Shown here: in pieces, positions 26,053-36,198 of the stretch | How the letters are laid out: every line of letters starts with the position of its first letter | Position numbering within the stretch: the first letter of the stretch is position 1 | From: a virus | DNA length: 64,000 nucleotides | Reading direction: 5' to 3' (one strand) | IMG/VR virus record: IMGVR_UViG_3300037487_001184 | Span: 32,001-96,000 of that record | The notes under the pieces: generated by a model | The model's database searches: none | Seen by the model: the letters and a program-made list of their open reading frames with translations, nothing else | Told to the model about the DNA's origin: nothing | Program-made: the position numbers and the translations under genes

Positions 26053-29000
26053 TTATTCTATAAGTCCCCCATCTATTGTGCTAAGAGCACTAATCTCTGA
26101 GTCAAGTTCTGCTAATGCGGTCTGAACATTAGTTGCAACAAGCCCACCAACGGCAGTCACCGCTACGGCAGATGCTATACTAGCACCACCACCACCACCA
26201 CCGCCATCAGCTAAAGCTATATAATCAAACCTTAGTGAGTGAGCAGTAGTCCCATTAGATGTATGGATAAATTGTAGTTTAACAGCCCCAGTGCTAATAT
26301 AAGGTGCACCATTAAAGACTACTAAACTTCTGGACACATAATCTGCCTCACCAGCAAATGTTGCGAACGTATCCCAAGCACCAGTGCTATTATTCCACAA
26401 CTGAATGCTCATATAATGGTTTACAGCACCAATATAATACGAACGTGTGTCTATTGTCGTGAAGCTGGTAATACCTGTAAACAAGAACTGGACAGTAAGC
26501 GGTGCTACTGCCGATGCACTATCAGCGGTCTCTCGAACATTCAGATAGGTATTATCACGAGCGGTGCCTATAGCTGTTAAGCAGTTAGCCAGTTTATGAT
26601 TAGTCACCGTTTCGTCAGGAATAAATCCTAACGTCCCGCCAGCTACAGGAGTGACCCATGTTGTGCCAGTGATATCATAGGTATGCCCAACATTGCCTAA
26701 CTCAATGCCCACAGGTGCATATAGCACATTAGACACAACGCCAAGGGTTAATGCAGCACCAGCATCATCATAGGTTACAGTAAGATGGCTATTGGCTGTT
26801 TTGATAAACCCGTCACCACCAACAGTTCCACCTAAATCATCCTGAACATTTTCTAGGGTTAGGGATGTCCCTTGAGTACCCTGTGTTCCTTGATTACCCT
26901 GATTACCTTGATTGCCTTGGGTCCCCTGCGTTCCTTGTGTGCCTTGTGTACCTTGATTCCCTTGTGTTCCTTGGTATCCCTGGTCTCCACCAACATCACC
27001 CTGATTACCTTGATACCCCTGTGGTCCTTCTAATGTACCTTGTATTCCTTCCGTACCTTGATTACCCTGGTATCCTTGATAACCCTGTGGACCTTCTAAT
27101 GTTCCCTGGATTCCCTCATCACCCTGGAATCCTTGGTTCCCGCGATAACCCTGGTACCCATCTGTACCTTGAATCCCATCAAATCCCTGCGTACCCTGAA
27201 AACCATCTGTTCCCTGGTTCCCATCAAATCCTTGTGTTCCTTGAAAACCGTCTGTTCCTTGATAACCCTGGAACCCGTCTGTTCCTTGGATTCCATCAAA
27301 GCCCTGTGTTCCTTGAAAACCATCGGTACCTTGGGACCCCTGATATCCCTGCGTTCCTTGGAAGCCATCAGTTCCCTGGTACCCTTGATTTCCTTGAGTT
27401 CCTTGAGTTCCTTGTGTTCCCTGAAAACCCTGGTTTCCCTGGGCTCCTTGATATCCAAGATTTCCACGATATCCTTGGTTACCCTGATACCCTTGATACC
27501 CTTGAACTCCCTGGTTACCTTGGTATCCCTGGTTGCCACGATAACCCTGTGGTCCAGGTAATGTACCCTGTGTTCCTTCAGTCCCTTGATACCCCTGCGT
27601 TCCTTGTGGTCCTTCTAAAGTTCCCTGCGGACCTTGATTCCCTTGATACCCCTGATTTCCACGATATCCCTGATATCCCTGTGAACCACGATAACCAGTG
27701 GTTCCTTGTACTCCGCGATAACCGTCAGTACCCTGCACACCATCAGTGCCTTGAACACCTTGGTATCCCTGTACCCCTTGATTTCCCTGATATCCCTGAT
27801 TTCCTCTATATCCCTGGTATCCCTGATATCCCTGCGGTCCTTCTAAAGTACCTTGGATACCTTCTGTACCTTGGTACCCTTGAGTACCACGATACCCTTG
27901 CGGTCCTTCTAGTGTGCCTTGGATTCCTTCGGTTCCTTGGTATCCTTGAGTCCCCGAATATCCCTGGTATCCCTGCGGACCTTCTAATGTACCTTGTGGA
28001 CCATAATCTCCCTGATAACCTTGGTTTCCCCTATAACCCTGAACACCATCAAATCCTTGTGTTCCTTGATTTCCATCGGTACCCTGATTACCATCAAATC
28101 CTTGTGTTCCTTGACTTCCATCGGTACCCTGAACACCATCAAATCCTTGTGTTCCCTGATTACCATCATCTCCTTGATTTCCCTGATATCCTTGTGGTCC
28201 TTCTAATGTACCTTGTGGACCATCATCTCCCTGATTTCCTTGATATCCTTGCGGTCCTTCTAAAGTTCCTTGTGGACCCTCATCTCCCTGATATCCCTGA
28301 AAGCCATCAGTGCCCTGGTTCCCATCAAATCCTTGTACTCCTTGAAAACCATCTGTTCCTTGAATACCATCGGTACCTTGATAACCCTGGAACCCGTCTG
28401 TTCCTTGGATTCCATCAAAGCCCTGTGTTCCTTGAAAACCGCCATCTCCTTGATATCCCTGATATCCCTGTGGACCTTCTAAGGTTCCCTGTATTCCTTC
28501 GGTACCTTGGTATCCTTGATACCCATCAGTGCCCTGGTTCCCATCAAATCCTTGTGTTCCTTGAAAACCGTCTGTTCCTTGGTTTCCATCGGTACCTTGA
28601 TTTCCATCAAACCCTTGATTACCTTGCGGTCCTTCTAATGTTCCTTGTGGACCTTCATCACCTTGGTATCCCTGATAACCATCAGTACCTTGATAACCTT
28701 GAGGACCTTCAAGTGTTCCTTGAACACCTTCATCACCTTGAACTCCTTGCGTACCCTGATTTCCTTGTGTTCCTTGAGAACCATCAAAACCTTGGTATCC
28801 CTGATAACCATCTGTACCTTGATATCCATCAAAGCCTTGGTATCCTTGGAAGCCATCTGTTCCTTGATTTCCGTCGAATCCTTGGTTACCTCGGTATCCC
28901 TGTTGACCTTGTGGTCCTTCCCCTTGATTTCCTTGTGTGCCTTGAAATCCATCAGTACCTTGATTACCGTCAAATCCCTGTGTACCTTGAAAACCCCGAT

Positions 29001-29322
29001 TTCCTTGAGTTCCTTGGTTACCCTGTAATCCTTCTAAAGTTCCCTGTATTCCTTCATTACCCTGATTACCTTGTGTTCCTTGAAAACCGCTAGTACCTTG
29101 TGTACCTTGTGGCCCATCAAAACCACCTAAACCCCGAATACCAGTTGTACCCTGATAACCCTGGTTTCCACGATATCCTTGATTTCCTTGATAACCTTTA
29201 GTACCCTGATACCCAGCATCCCCCTGAACACCATCTATACCTTGATTACCTTGGTATCCCTGACTACCCTGACTTCCAATAGCCCCATGAGCCGGTGGGG
29301 AAATTACAGTGAAATTACTCAT
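26053..29322 (-). CDS. giant collagen-like (Gly-X-Gln) fibre protein
   Basis: about 800 aa of G-x-y triplets with recurrent GTLE interruptions; globular C-terminus. Confidence 0.88.
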   Translation of the reverse strand: MSNFTVISPPAHGAIGSQGSQGYQGNQGIDGVQGDAGYQGTKGYQGNQGYRGNQGYQGTTGIRGLGGFDGPQGTQGTSGFQGTQGNQGNEGIQGTLEGLQGNQGTQGNRGFQGTQGFDGNQGTDGFQGTQGNQGEGPQGQQGYRGNQGFDGNQGTDGFQGYQGFDGYQGTDGYQGYQGFDGSQGTQGNQGTQGVQGDEGVQGTLEGPQGYQGTDGYQGYQGDEGPQGTLEGPQGNQGFDGNQGTDGNQGTDGFQGTQGFDGNQGTDGYQGYQGTEGIQGTLEGPQGYQGYQGDGGFQGTQGFDGIQGTDGFQGYQGTDGIQGTDGFQGVQGFDGNQGTDGFQGYQGDEGPQGTLEGPQGYQGNQGDDGPQGTLEGPQGYQGNQGDDGNQGTQGFDGVQGTDGSQGTQGFDGNQGTDGNQGTQGFDGVQGYRGNQGYQGDYGPQGTLEGPQGYQGYSGTQGYQGTEGIQGTLEGPQGYRGTQGYQGTEGIQGTLEGPQGYQGYQGYRGNQGYQGNQGVQGYQGVQGTDGVQGTDGYRGVQGTTGYRGSQGYQGYRGNQGYQGNQGPQGTLEGPQGTQGYQGTEGTQGTLPGPQGYRGNQGYQGNQGVQGYQGYQGNQGYRGNLGYQGAQGNQGFQGTQGTQGTQGNQGYQGTDGFQGTQGYQGSQGTDGFQGTQGFDGIQGTDGFQGYQGTDGFQGTQGFDGNQGTDGFQGTQGFDGIQGTDGYQGYRGNQGFQGDEGIQGTLEGPQGYQGYQGNQGTEGIQGTLEGPQGYQGNQGDVGGDQGYQGTQGNQGTQGTQGTQGTQGNQGNQGNQGTQGTQGTSLTLENVQDDLGGTVGGDGFIKTANSHLTVTYDDAGAALTLGVVSNVLYAPVGIELGNVGHTYDITGTTWVTPVAGGTLGFIPDETVTNHKLANCLTAIGTARDNTYLNVRETADSASAVAPLTVQFLFTGITSFTTIDTRSYYIGAVNHYMSIQLWNNSTGAWDTFATFAGEADYVSRSLVVFNGAPYISTGAVKLQFIHTSNGTTAHSLRFDYIALADGGGGGGGASIASAVAVTAVGGLVATNVQTALAELDSEISALSTIDGGLIE

Positions 29323-29975
29323 TTTTTATTAATCCTATTTCTATTACCTGCTGGTGTATTCAGAGCACGTTCAAGAGTCCAATTCTGTATACGGTAATCC
29401 AAAGCACTCATACTTATATCTAAACTATGCGCCCACTGGGCTCTAGTCTTATCCTCACCATTATAGATAATCCTTTTATTACACCTACGATTATTAGACT
29501 GCACACTAGCAGTAGCCCATCTACAATTACCAGGCTCGTAGTCACCATCATTGTCTTTTCTATCTAAGGTCATACCGTCTGGACGCATTCCCATATCAGC
29601 TAAGAAATTTTCAAAACCATGCTTCTTGTCTAACCATCTATCGCAAACCTTAATACCGCGACCACCATAATTATGATAACCGGCATATTTAGGATTATAG
29701 CACCTATTCTTCATGTTCTGCCAACAATTATACGTCCCACTTGACCACCCACGTTTAGTGTGGTTATGCTTAGTGAACCATTCAATATGCATTTCTCGCT
29801 TAAAACAACCACACGATTTTGTACTACCGTTATTTAGAGACAGCCCCCTAACTGTTGTAGTATTCCCACAGTCACATATACAGTACCACCAAGAATTCTT
29901 TTCGTCAGTAAAAGCAAATCCTAAGACCGATAACCTCCCAAATACTTGTCCTGTTAAATTAATGACTTTTCCCAT
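29319..29975 (-). CDS. free-standing HNH homing endonuclease
   Basis: LTGQVFGRL, CICDCG, YGGRGIKVCDRW, LDRKDNDGDYEPGNCRWAT. Confidence 0.9.
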   Translation of the reverse strand: MGKVINLTGQVFGRLSVLGFAFTDEKNSWWYCICDCGNTTTVRGLSLNNGSTKSCGCFKREMHIEWFTKHNHTKRGWSSGTYNCWQNMKNRCYNPKYAGYHNYGGRGIKVCDRWLDKKHGFENFLADMGMRPDGMTLDRKDNDGDYEPGNCRWATASVQSNNRRCNKRIIYNGEDKTRAQWAHSLDISMSALDYRIQNWTLERALNTPAGNRNRINKK

Positions 29976-30011
29976 TACCGCACCCCTTATTGTGTTTTCC
30001 TTAGTATTATC

Positions 30012-30064
30012 AATGGGCAGGTGGCTAAGGTTTCCACTTTTCGGGTAGCTTTCCCTAGCCCATT
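30012..30064 (-). ncRNA. conserved structured leader upstream of HNH (copy C)
   Basis: AATGGGCTAGG...CCGAAAAGTGG...CCACCTGCCCATT. Confidence 0.7.
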
Positions 30065-30076
30065 AAATTTGTCCCA

Positions 30077-30487
30077 CTAAGTGCCCCATAAAGTTATTGC
30101 ACCTTCATTACCCCCGGATGTAAAAACAATACTACCTGCCTTGCCATCGGACTCCCAGGTCAAGTATACTTCAGGCGGGATTTGCAACACATCGGCATCA
30201 TTTCCATTAGCATAAAAAGTCACCACGTCACCAGTACGATTATAAAAAATAAGTGTTGCATATCCAGTAACCGCGATAGTATCAGATGGATACTCTGTAA
30301 TAGATGCCAGCTCCCTAAACGGGTATACTAATGGCGAGTGACTGGAAAACGTGATTCCTGTAGGGATTACAGTTGGATAAAAATCTGTAGTTGCAGAAGA
30401 ATTCTTTCTTACAGTCGCGTGCTTCTTCCCTGAAATGCCACCCCTCAGAGTAATACTGCGCGCCGTTGAGTTCAAGTACGTAGGCAT
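30077..30487 (-). CDS. putative virion protein (paralog of 21592-22242)
   Basis: MPTYLN start, beta-rich; AGGAGG upstream. Confidence 0.65.
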   Translation of the reverse strand: MPTYLNSTARSITLRGGISGKKHATVRKNSSATTDFYPTVIPTGITFSSHSPLVYPFRELASITEYPSDTIAVTGYATLIFYNRTGDVVTFYANGNDADVLQIPPEVYLTWESDGKAGSIVFTSGGNEGAITLWGT

Positions 30488-30511
30488 AATTAAAAATCCT
30501 CCTGCTTACAA

Positions 30512-30751
30512 TTAATCTTCTACTACTAGTTCTGGAATCATTTCTTCTTCCACCGGACGGAAGGTTATCACCTTAATTTCTGTTTGGCTAATCCAAATAC
30601 TACCACCATTTTCCATAGGAACTCTTATCTTAGCCTGTGACATTAGAGCAGGTTCAATAGCTGCTTGTTCCCCGTCTATAACCATGCTAAATACCACATC
30701 ATTTCCGTCCGAATCACGTAAATTACTTATAATTGTCACTGTCGTCTTCAT
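30512..30751 (-). CDS. hypothetical protein
   Basis: GGAGGT Shine-Dalgarno. Confidence 0.6.
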   Translation of the reverse strand: MKTTVTIISNLRDSDGNDVVFSMVIDGEQAAIEPALMSQAKIRVPMENGGSIWISQTEIKVITFRPVEEEMIPELVVED

Positions 30752-30778
30752 CTGTCTACCTCCCTTTTGTTTTACAGT

Positions 30779-31129
30779 TTATACTTTTAGTGCTGCTACT
30801 GCTTTAAACGTAGCAATCTTCTCTGACATAGCCAATTCTGTCGGTGTTGCTTCCGCTGCAATAAACTCAGCCAACTCACCTTCTGCTGCATCTGCCACAT
30901 CCCCTATCTGAGCCTCAACCGCAGTAGTCAATGCACTGAAGTCTGTCGTGATATCGGCAATAACTTTATTGCCTCTGGTTAGTTTTAAGCCTTCTGGTGA
31001 AAGCTGTGCCATGAACATACCGAACACTGAACTATAAAGCCCAGACTCAGCCGGTCCTGCTTCCTGCCACACTATACGAAATGATTCCGTACCTGAAATT
31101 ATACTAGCCAAAACATCTGCTGCTGCCAT
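30779..31129 (-). CDS. hypothetical protein
   Basis: coupled ORF. Confidence 0.6.
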   Translation of the reverse strand: MAAADVLASIISGTESFRIVWQEAGPAESGLYSSVFGMFMAQLSPEGLKLTRGNKVIADITTDFSALTTAVEAQIGDVADAAEGELAEFIAAEATPTELAMSEKIATFKAVAALKV

Positions 31130-31130
31130 T

Positions 31131-31802
31131 TTATTCCCCTTCTACTACTTTTAGTTGTGGCTTTAGTAGTTCTTTTCTAAAGCGCATGAAATCTCCTATG
31201 AACCGTTTACCACCAATATGAACATTGGTAATTTCGGGATCTAAATAAATGCTATACCCCAACTCTCTTAATCTCCTACACATCACATTATCTTCCGACA
31301 CCAACTCCCCATCTATTATCTTAACGTCAAATATCATTTTTCTCAATTTGCCTTCATTCTCATACTCAGGACTATTGTCCCATAATGATTGCATGGCTTT
31401 ATTACTAAGTTTGAGGAATCCAGTACCTAAACTATTAACTTTGATAAGACCATTCTCTCCTATATCCAAATTTTGTGTGTTAATGTTATAAAGCTCTGCG
31501 TCATCAGTCTTTTTACGCACAGTTCCACCAACTACATCCTCTGGATAATTGAATAGCTTGAAAACATTTATTGGCTCAAACTCCATGTCATCGTCCACGA
31601 AGATCATCGCATCGGCACTGTTCTCCAATGCTATTGCAATCAAGTCATTTCTTGCCCTTTGGATAAGCGCATCGTGACTGAGATAGATGGGATAAGTGGT
31701 AATACCAAGGGATTCACCCATACGAATAGTTTCTACCATAGAAGCACAGTAGTAGACCGAAACTGTTCCAGAATAACAAGGAGTTCCAATAATTATATTC
31801 AT
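31131..31802 (-). CDS. GT-A fold glycosyltransferase-like protein
   Basis: IGTPCY, IQRARN, FVDDD, LGTGF, SEDNVMCRR, IYLDP..HIG. Confidence 0.8.
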   Translation of the reverse strand: MNIIIGTPCYSGTVSVYYCASMVETIRMGESLGITTYPIYLSHDALIQRARNDLIAIALENSADAMIFVDDDMEFEPINVFKLFNYPEDVVGGTVRKKTDDAELYNINTQNLDIGENGLIKVNSLGTGFLKLSNKAMQSLWDNSPEYENEGKLRKMIFDVKIIDGELVSEDNVMCRRLRELGYSIYLDPEITNVHIGGKRFIGDFMRFRKELLKPQLKVVEGE

Positions 31803-33877
31803 CTAGCTTCCAGTTCCTTTACCCTGGCAGATAGTTCCTGAATAGCTTTTACCATAACAACCAGTAGATTTCCCGATGCTACCTCCAACCTTTCAGGATT
31901 AACATCATAGACTAGGCCCGGTATTGTTACACCCTCTTCCTTCTGTGCGATTTGAAGTTCTTGGGCGAGAAAGCCCATACCCGGTATCCCAACTTTGCTA
32001 CCATCCCTCATATTCCAAGTAAATTCCCTTGGTTTAAGGCGATTAATAAACTCTAGCCCTACTGGGATATTACCTATGTTAGTTTTATCTCGTTCATCAG
32101 ATATGGCGGTAATAGAAGTAACCTGACATCTCAATGTAGCAACACTGGCATTACCTAATGTTACTTCATTAGCAGCATTAGCAGCAGAAGCATTAGCATC
32201 ATAGCCTATTGCAGTTAGGTTTGAACCTGTGGTTACACTGTTAAGAGCCTGAAATCCAACAGCGGTGTTGTTGGCACCAGTAGTATTTGCATTTAAACTG
32301 TAAGCCCCTAATGCAGTATTACTAGACGCAGCACCCCCGATTGTAAGCGAAAACATACCAACAGCAGTATTATTGTTACCTCCACTACCATCCCTACATG
32401 CCTGATAGCCTATAATTGTGTTATTACCCCCGGTCGTATTTACGCTTAGTGCTGACTGACCAACCGCGGTATTAAATACACCAGTTATATTAGCAGCTAA
32501 TGCCAAATAACCCACAGCAGTATTTGAGTTCCCCACAGTATTCCCCGCCAATGCTGATGCACCTACAGCGGTGTTGTAGACTCCGGTGGTGTTGGCAGTG
32601 AGGGCTTGATAACCAAAAGCAGAGTTGCAAGTTCCTGTTGAGTTAGTTTTGAGACTTTGACTTCCTACAGCGGTATTACCGGCTCCAGTATTTGCAAAGA
32701 GAGCGGCCCACCCTACTGCAACACAATCATAACCAATTATATTAGTATAAAGTGCCTCAAACCCAATCGCAGTGTTTCTCACACCCGTTGTATTAGCTGC
32801 TAACGTCCAATAACCACACGCAGTATTCTCAGTCCCCACAGTATTCCCAGCCAATGCTGATGTACCAACAGCCGTGTTGTTGGCTCCGGTGGTGTTGGCA
32901 GCCAGTGCTGATGCACCGATTCCAGTGTTACTATTAGCAGTATTGTATCTAAGAGCTAAGTACCCCATAGCTACATTAGAACTACCAGTTTGGTTGGTTG
33001 TAAGTGCACTAGGCCCAACAGCCACATTTTGAGTACCTGTAGTAGTTGCAGCAAGTGCAGCGTTACCAAAAGCAGTGTTAGCGTCAGCAAGGTTTGCAGC
33101 AAGTGCAGCGTTACCAAAAGCAGTGTTCCAGCTTCCCACAGTATTCCCCGCCAATGCTGATGTACCAACAGCGGTGTTGTAGGCTCCGGTGGTGTTTGCT
33201 TGAAGTGCACAGTATCCTAAAGCCGAGTTGCTGCTGGCAAGGTTTTGTTGAAGTGCATACATTCCTACGCCAGTATTATTTCCACCAACTAGGTTTGCAT
33301 ATAAACAGCCATACCCAACAGCGGTATTATATAAACCAGTAGTGTTTAATTGAAGAGCAGAAGTACCTACTGCTGTCAATTCATGCCCCACCGTATTCCC
33401 CGCCAATGCTGATGCACCTACAGCGGTGTTGTTGACTCCGGTGGTGTTTGCATTCAACGCACTAGTACCAATAGCAACATTTGATGTAACTAATCCAGCA
33501 CCATAGGATAGGACACGAGAGAATATGAAATCACCAGTGGGGAATGTTCCAGCAGTTACTTCAGATGCAGCTACTTGTTCAAATACTAAATTAGCAGTAG
33601 TCCCTTTGCCTTTTAATACTAAACCTGTTGCGGGTGCTGCTAATAGAGTCGGGTCGAACCCTGCATCAGCATACACCATAATACCACGGGATGCACCGTG
33701 GGCGATGTTGGTTAGAGCTATATTATTAACGGCATCGTCAGGAGAATACTCTTTCTTGTTAGTGCCATCGTATACAATAATCTTCTTAGTATCTGAAGTG
33801 TATGCAATTTCATAATCACTGAGCACAGCACCACTCATAACCGCTGCGGTTCCCCGTTTAATTTTTATTACAGCCAT
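31799..33877 (-). CDS. tail fibre/spike with beta-helical repeats and C-terminal peptidase S74 intramolecular chaperone
   Basis: IKIKRGT N-terminus, tandem NTAVG..AL..NTTG repeats, SDERDKTNI...GFLAQE. Confidence 0.88.
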   Translation of the reverse strand: MAVIKIKRGTAAVMSGAVLSDYEIAYTSDTKKIIVYDGTNKKEYSPDDAVNNIALTNIAHGASRGIMVYADAGFDPTLLAAPATGLVLKGKGTTANLVFEQVAASEVTAGTFPTGDFIFSRVLSYGAGLVTSNVAIGTSALNANTTGVNNTAVGASALAGNTVGHELTAVGTSALQLNTTGLYNTAVGYGCLYANLVGGNNTGVGMYALQQNLASSNSALGYCALQANTTGAYNTAVGTSALAGNTVGSWNTAFGNAALAANLADANTAFGNAALAATTTGTQNVAVGPSALTTNQTGSSNVAMGYLALRYNTANSNTGIGASALAANTTGANNTAVGTSALAGNTVGTENTACGYWTLAANTTGVRNTAIGFEALYTNIIGYDCVAVGWAALFANTGAGNTAVGSQSLKTNSTGTCNSAFGYQALTANTTGVYNTAVGASALAGNTVGNSNTAVGYLALAANITGVFNTAVGQSALSVNTTGGNNTIIGYQACRDGSGGNNNTAVGMFSLTIGGAASSNTALGAYSLNANTTGANNTAVGFQALNSVTTGSNLTAIGYDANASAANAANEVTLGNASVATLRCQVTSITAISDERDKTNIGNIPVGLEFINRLKPREFTWNMRDGSKVGIPGMGFLAQELQIAQKEEGVTIPGLVYDVNPERLEVASGNLLVVMVKAIQELSARVKELEAR

Positions 33878-33882
33878 CTTAA

Positions 33883-34272
33883 TTACTCCTTCAAAAGGTC
33901 CAATTGTAAACGTAAGGTGGAGAACTTGATAAGCAAATTCATTAAATTCTTATTAGTCTTCATCATAGAAGATAACAACGTATCATGTTTTGCAGACGAA
34001 TCAGTATAACCACCATCAAAAAAAGGATATGACCTATATATAGCAGCGTCTCCACCATCAAATAATACAACCCCACCGGGTATTGTAACTATGCCACCAT
34101 CTAAATTAACACTAGGTGTAGTAATAAACTCCGGCATAAATGTATGTATATCTACTGACCCCCCTATTGTGTCACCATCCACTATAAAGAAAGTACTAGA
34201 TGGAGTTGCATCGCCACCATCAACTACGACAGTCCCCGGAACCGCAATGTCTTTTCCATCTACAATAATCAC
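33883..34272 (-). CDS. hypothetical virion protein with repeated (V/F)DGG motifs
   Basis: IVDG, VDGG, LDGG, FDGG repeats. Confidence 0.55.
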   Translation of the reverse strand: MIIVDGKDIAVPGTVVVDGGDATPSSTFFIVDGDTIGGSVDIHTFMPEFITTPSVNLDGGIVTIPGGVVLFDGGDAAIYRSYPFFDGGYTDSSAKHDTLLSSMMKTNKNLMNLLIKFSTLRLQLDLLKE

Positions 34273-34418
34273 GCTTCCTCCAACGCTGCAATCTCTGATT
34301 CCATCAATATAATCTCATCCTGAAGAGAAAGCATATTAGTATTAATCTTTCCCCACGCGTCCATAACTGTGTCTGGACTATCTAAAGTAACTGCTATATA
34401 TTCTGGTTCAAATGGCAT
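34269..34418 (-). CDS. small fibre-associated protein (49 aa, not in the ORF track)
   Basis: DTVMDAWGKINTNM resembles the D..R.AF.KIN.NF N-terminal motif of phage fibre/baseplate proteins. Confidence 0.5.
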   Translation of the reverse strand: MPFEPEYIAVTLDSPDTVMDAWGKINTNMLSLQDEIILMESEIAALEEA

Positions 34419-34421
34419 CTG

Positions 34422-35579
34422 CTACCTCTTTATCAACATTGCGGGTGCTGCTTCTGGGAACCTACCAGATTCAGGGCAAAAAGTTACTTCCTGACCACTC
34501 TCTACTAATGCCTGATTGACACCAAACTTTCTCGGTGAGGCATCATGAAATAAAATAATACCACCATTTACCATCTTAGGCAAGTAGAGAGATAATATCT
34601 CTTTCGTGTCTGTATATGAGTGTGGGTCCACATCTACGTGAAGTAGGGTTATCTCCTCGAATATATCCAATACATGTTTGTCTTTAAAAGACCCCTTAAT
34701 TATTGATATTCTATCTACGTCACCTAATTCCTCCGCCTTACACCTAATATTAGTATCCACAAAAGCCGCTTTGTAATCAAACTTATTAATTACCTCCAAA
34801 AACATCTTAGCGGATTGTGCCTCACCTAAACCCAGCTCTAAAAATACAACAGGCTGCTTCGCTTTGCCTATACTCTCCTTATAGAAAGGTCTATAAGGCT
34901 CAAATAATTCTGAGATACCCCGATTACGTCCTCTTCCATGGTCTCCATTTAACAACTCTCTAGCGTCTGAATGGCTAGATAAAGTAGCATGTCCATAATG
35001 AAACAAAGGAGCATTCAAACACTCGACATTTAAATAACCAAGACTCTTAGAACCGTTCCATATGTGATCATCTCCATACCACACCAATACATTATCACTG
35101 ATTGGTCCTATACTCAACCACAAATCTCTTCGAATAAAATAATGAAAACCTGGAACTCTACCGCCCCTTTCACTCACTATAGGAATCCTGGGTTTAGTAT
35201 TTAATAGCTCTCGCTTATCTTTAACCTCATGCGGAATACATATACCAACTTGAGATAAGTCATGCAGAACAGTCAAGACCATCTCTATAGTATAATCAGC
35301 AAATAGAATATCATTATTCAATATAGCTACATAGTCTGATTCAACGAGGTTCATACAATAATTCCACGCTGGATTCACCCCAAGATTAGTCTCGCTACGA
35401 TGATATCGAATAGGTAGCATAGAAAACTTATCTACCAATGTTGGTGTCTCATCGGTACTACCATTATCAAACATGAAAATGTTCGTAGGCTGGACAGTGC
35501 TATTCTTTATGCAGGTCAGCATCTGGATCGTCATGTCATATCGGTCATATACAGGTACTACGACATCATAAGTTAGCAT
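34422..35579 (-). CDS. GT2 glycosyltransferase fused to a class I SAM methyltransferase
   Basis: VVVPVY, DNGSTD, LNNDI, YGDD; LELGL, HVDVDPHSY, GGIILFHD. Confidence 0.85.
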   Translation of the reverse strand: MLTYDVVVPVYDRYDMTIQMLTCIKNSTVQPTNIFMFDNGSTDETPTLVDKFSMLPIRYHRSETNLGVNPAWNYCMNLVESDYVAILNNDILFADYTIEMVLTVLHDLSQVGICIPHEVKDKRELLNTKPRIPIVSERGGRVPGFHYFIRRDLWLSIGPISDNVLVWYGDDHIWNGSKSLGYLNVECLNAPLFHYGHATLSSHSDARELLNGDHGRGRNRGISELFEPYRPFYKESIGKAKQPVVFLELGLGEAQSAKMFLEVINKFDYKAAFVDTNIRCKAEELGDVDRISIIKGSFKDKHVLDIFEEITLLHVDVDPHSYTDTKEILSLYLPKMVNGGIILFHDASPRKFGVNQALVESGQEVTFCPESGRFPEAAPAMLIKR

Positions 35580-36198
35580 GTTTAGCCCTTACAAAATCAT
35601 TCAATGCTTTTTCTTCAGACCAACCACGATACAGTCTACTCTTCAGGGTACCAGCTCTCATTCCCAAATGCCTCTCCCACTGTGCCACTGTTTTAGTCTC
35701 ACCTTTGTATGCAACCCAATGATTATTCCCCTTATTGTTACATTGCTCTCGTTGGGTAGCAAGTCTCCAATTTCCCGGTTCATAATCACCATCGTTGTCA
35801 ATTCTATCTAAGGTCATACCCTTGGGTATCTTCCCGATATCTGCGTAGAAATTCTCAAATGACTCTAACCACCTGTCACAAACCTTAATGCCACGTCCAC
35901 CGTGGTTTTTATACTTCTTAACTCTCGGGTTATAACATCTACTCTTCATATTACACCAGACCGCATACTCTTTACTAAATCTACCACCATGAGTTCTAAA
36001 GTTATTGCCACAAACCTCAACACGTAAACAACCACAAGATTGGGATTTTCCACGAATAATATTATCTATGAAAACAGTCTTAATACTACCACAAGAACAC
36101 TTGCACTGTGCCATCCACTTTCCAGTATCCCCCCTAAACCTAGACAACACAGTCCAATTATTATATTTCTTCCCCACAATTAATGTATACTTACTCAT
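35566..36198 (-). CDS. free-standing HNH homing endonuclease
   Basis: CKCSCG, SCGC, GGRGIKVCDRW, LDRIDNDGDYEPGNWR. Confidence 0.88.
   Translation of the reverse strand: MSKYTLIVGKKYNNWTVLSRFRGDTGKWMAQCKCSCGSIKTVFIDNIIRGKSQSCGCLRVEVCGNNFRTHGGRFSKEYAVWCNMKSRCYNPRVKKYKNHGGRGIKVCDRWLESFENFYADIGKIPKGMTLDRIDNDGDYEPGNWRLATQREQCNNKGNNHWVAYKGETKTVAQWERHLGMRAGTLKSRLYRGWSEEKALNDFVRAKHANL

Noticed and set aside
26865-29093. 742-aa + strand ORF and other alternative-frame ORFs in the collagen genes
   Set aside because: They arise from the 9-nt periodic repeat lacking stops in other frames.
31799-33877. Diversity-generating retroelement target
   Set aside because: No reverse transcriptase or template/variable repeat pair is visible. 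The internal repeats are ordinary beta-helix coding repeats.
17668-36198. Group I introns or inteins hosting the HNH genes
   Set aside because: Flanking genes look complete, and I saw no intron core or intein motifs, including in the polymerase and RNR. A covariance-model search would be needed to exclude them fully.
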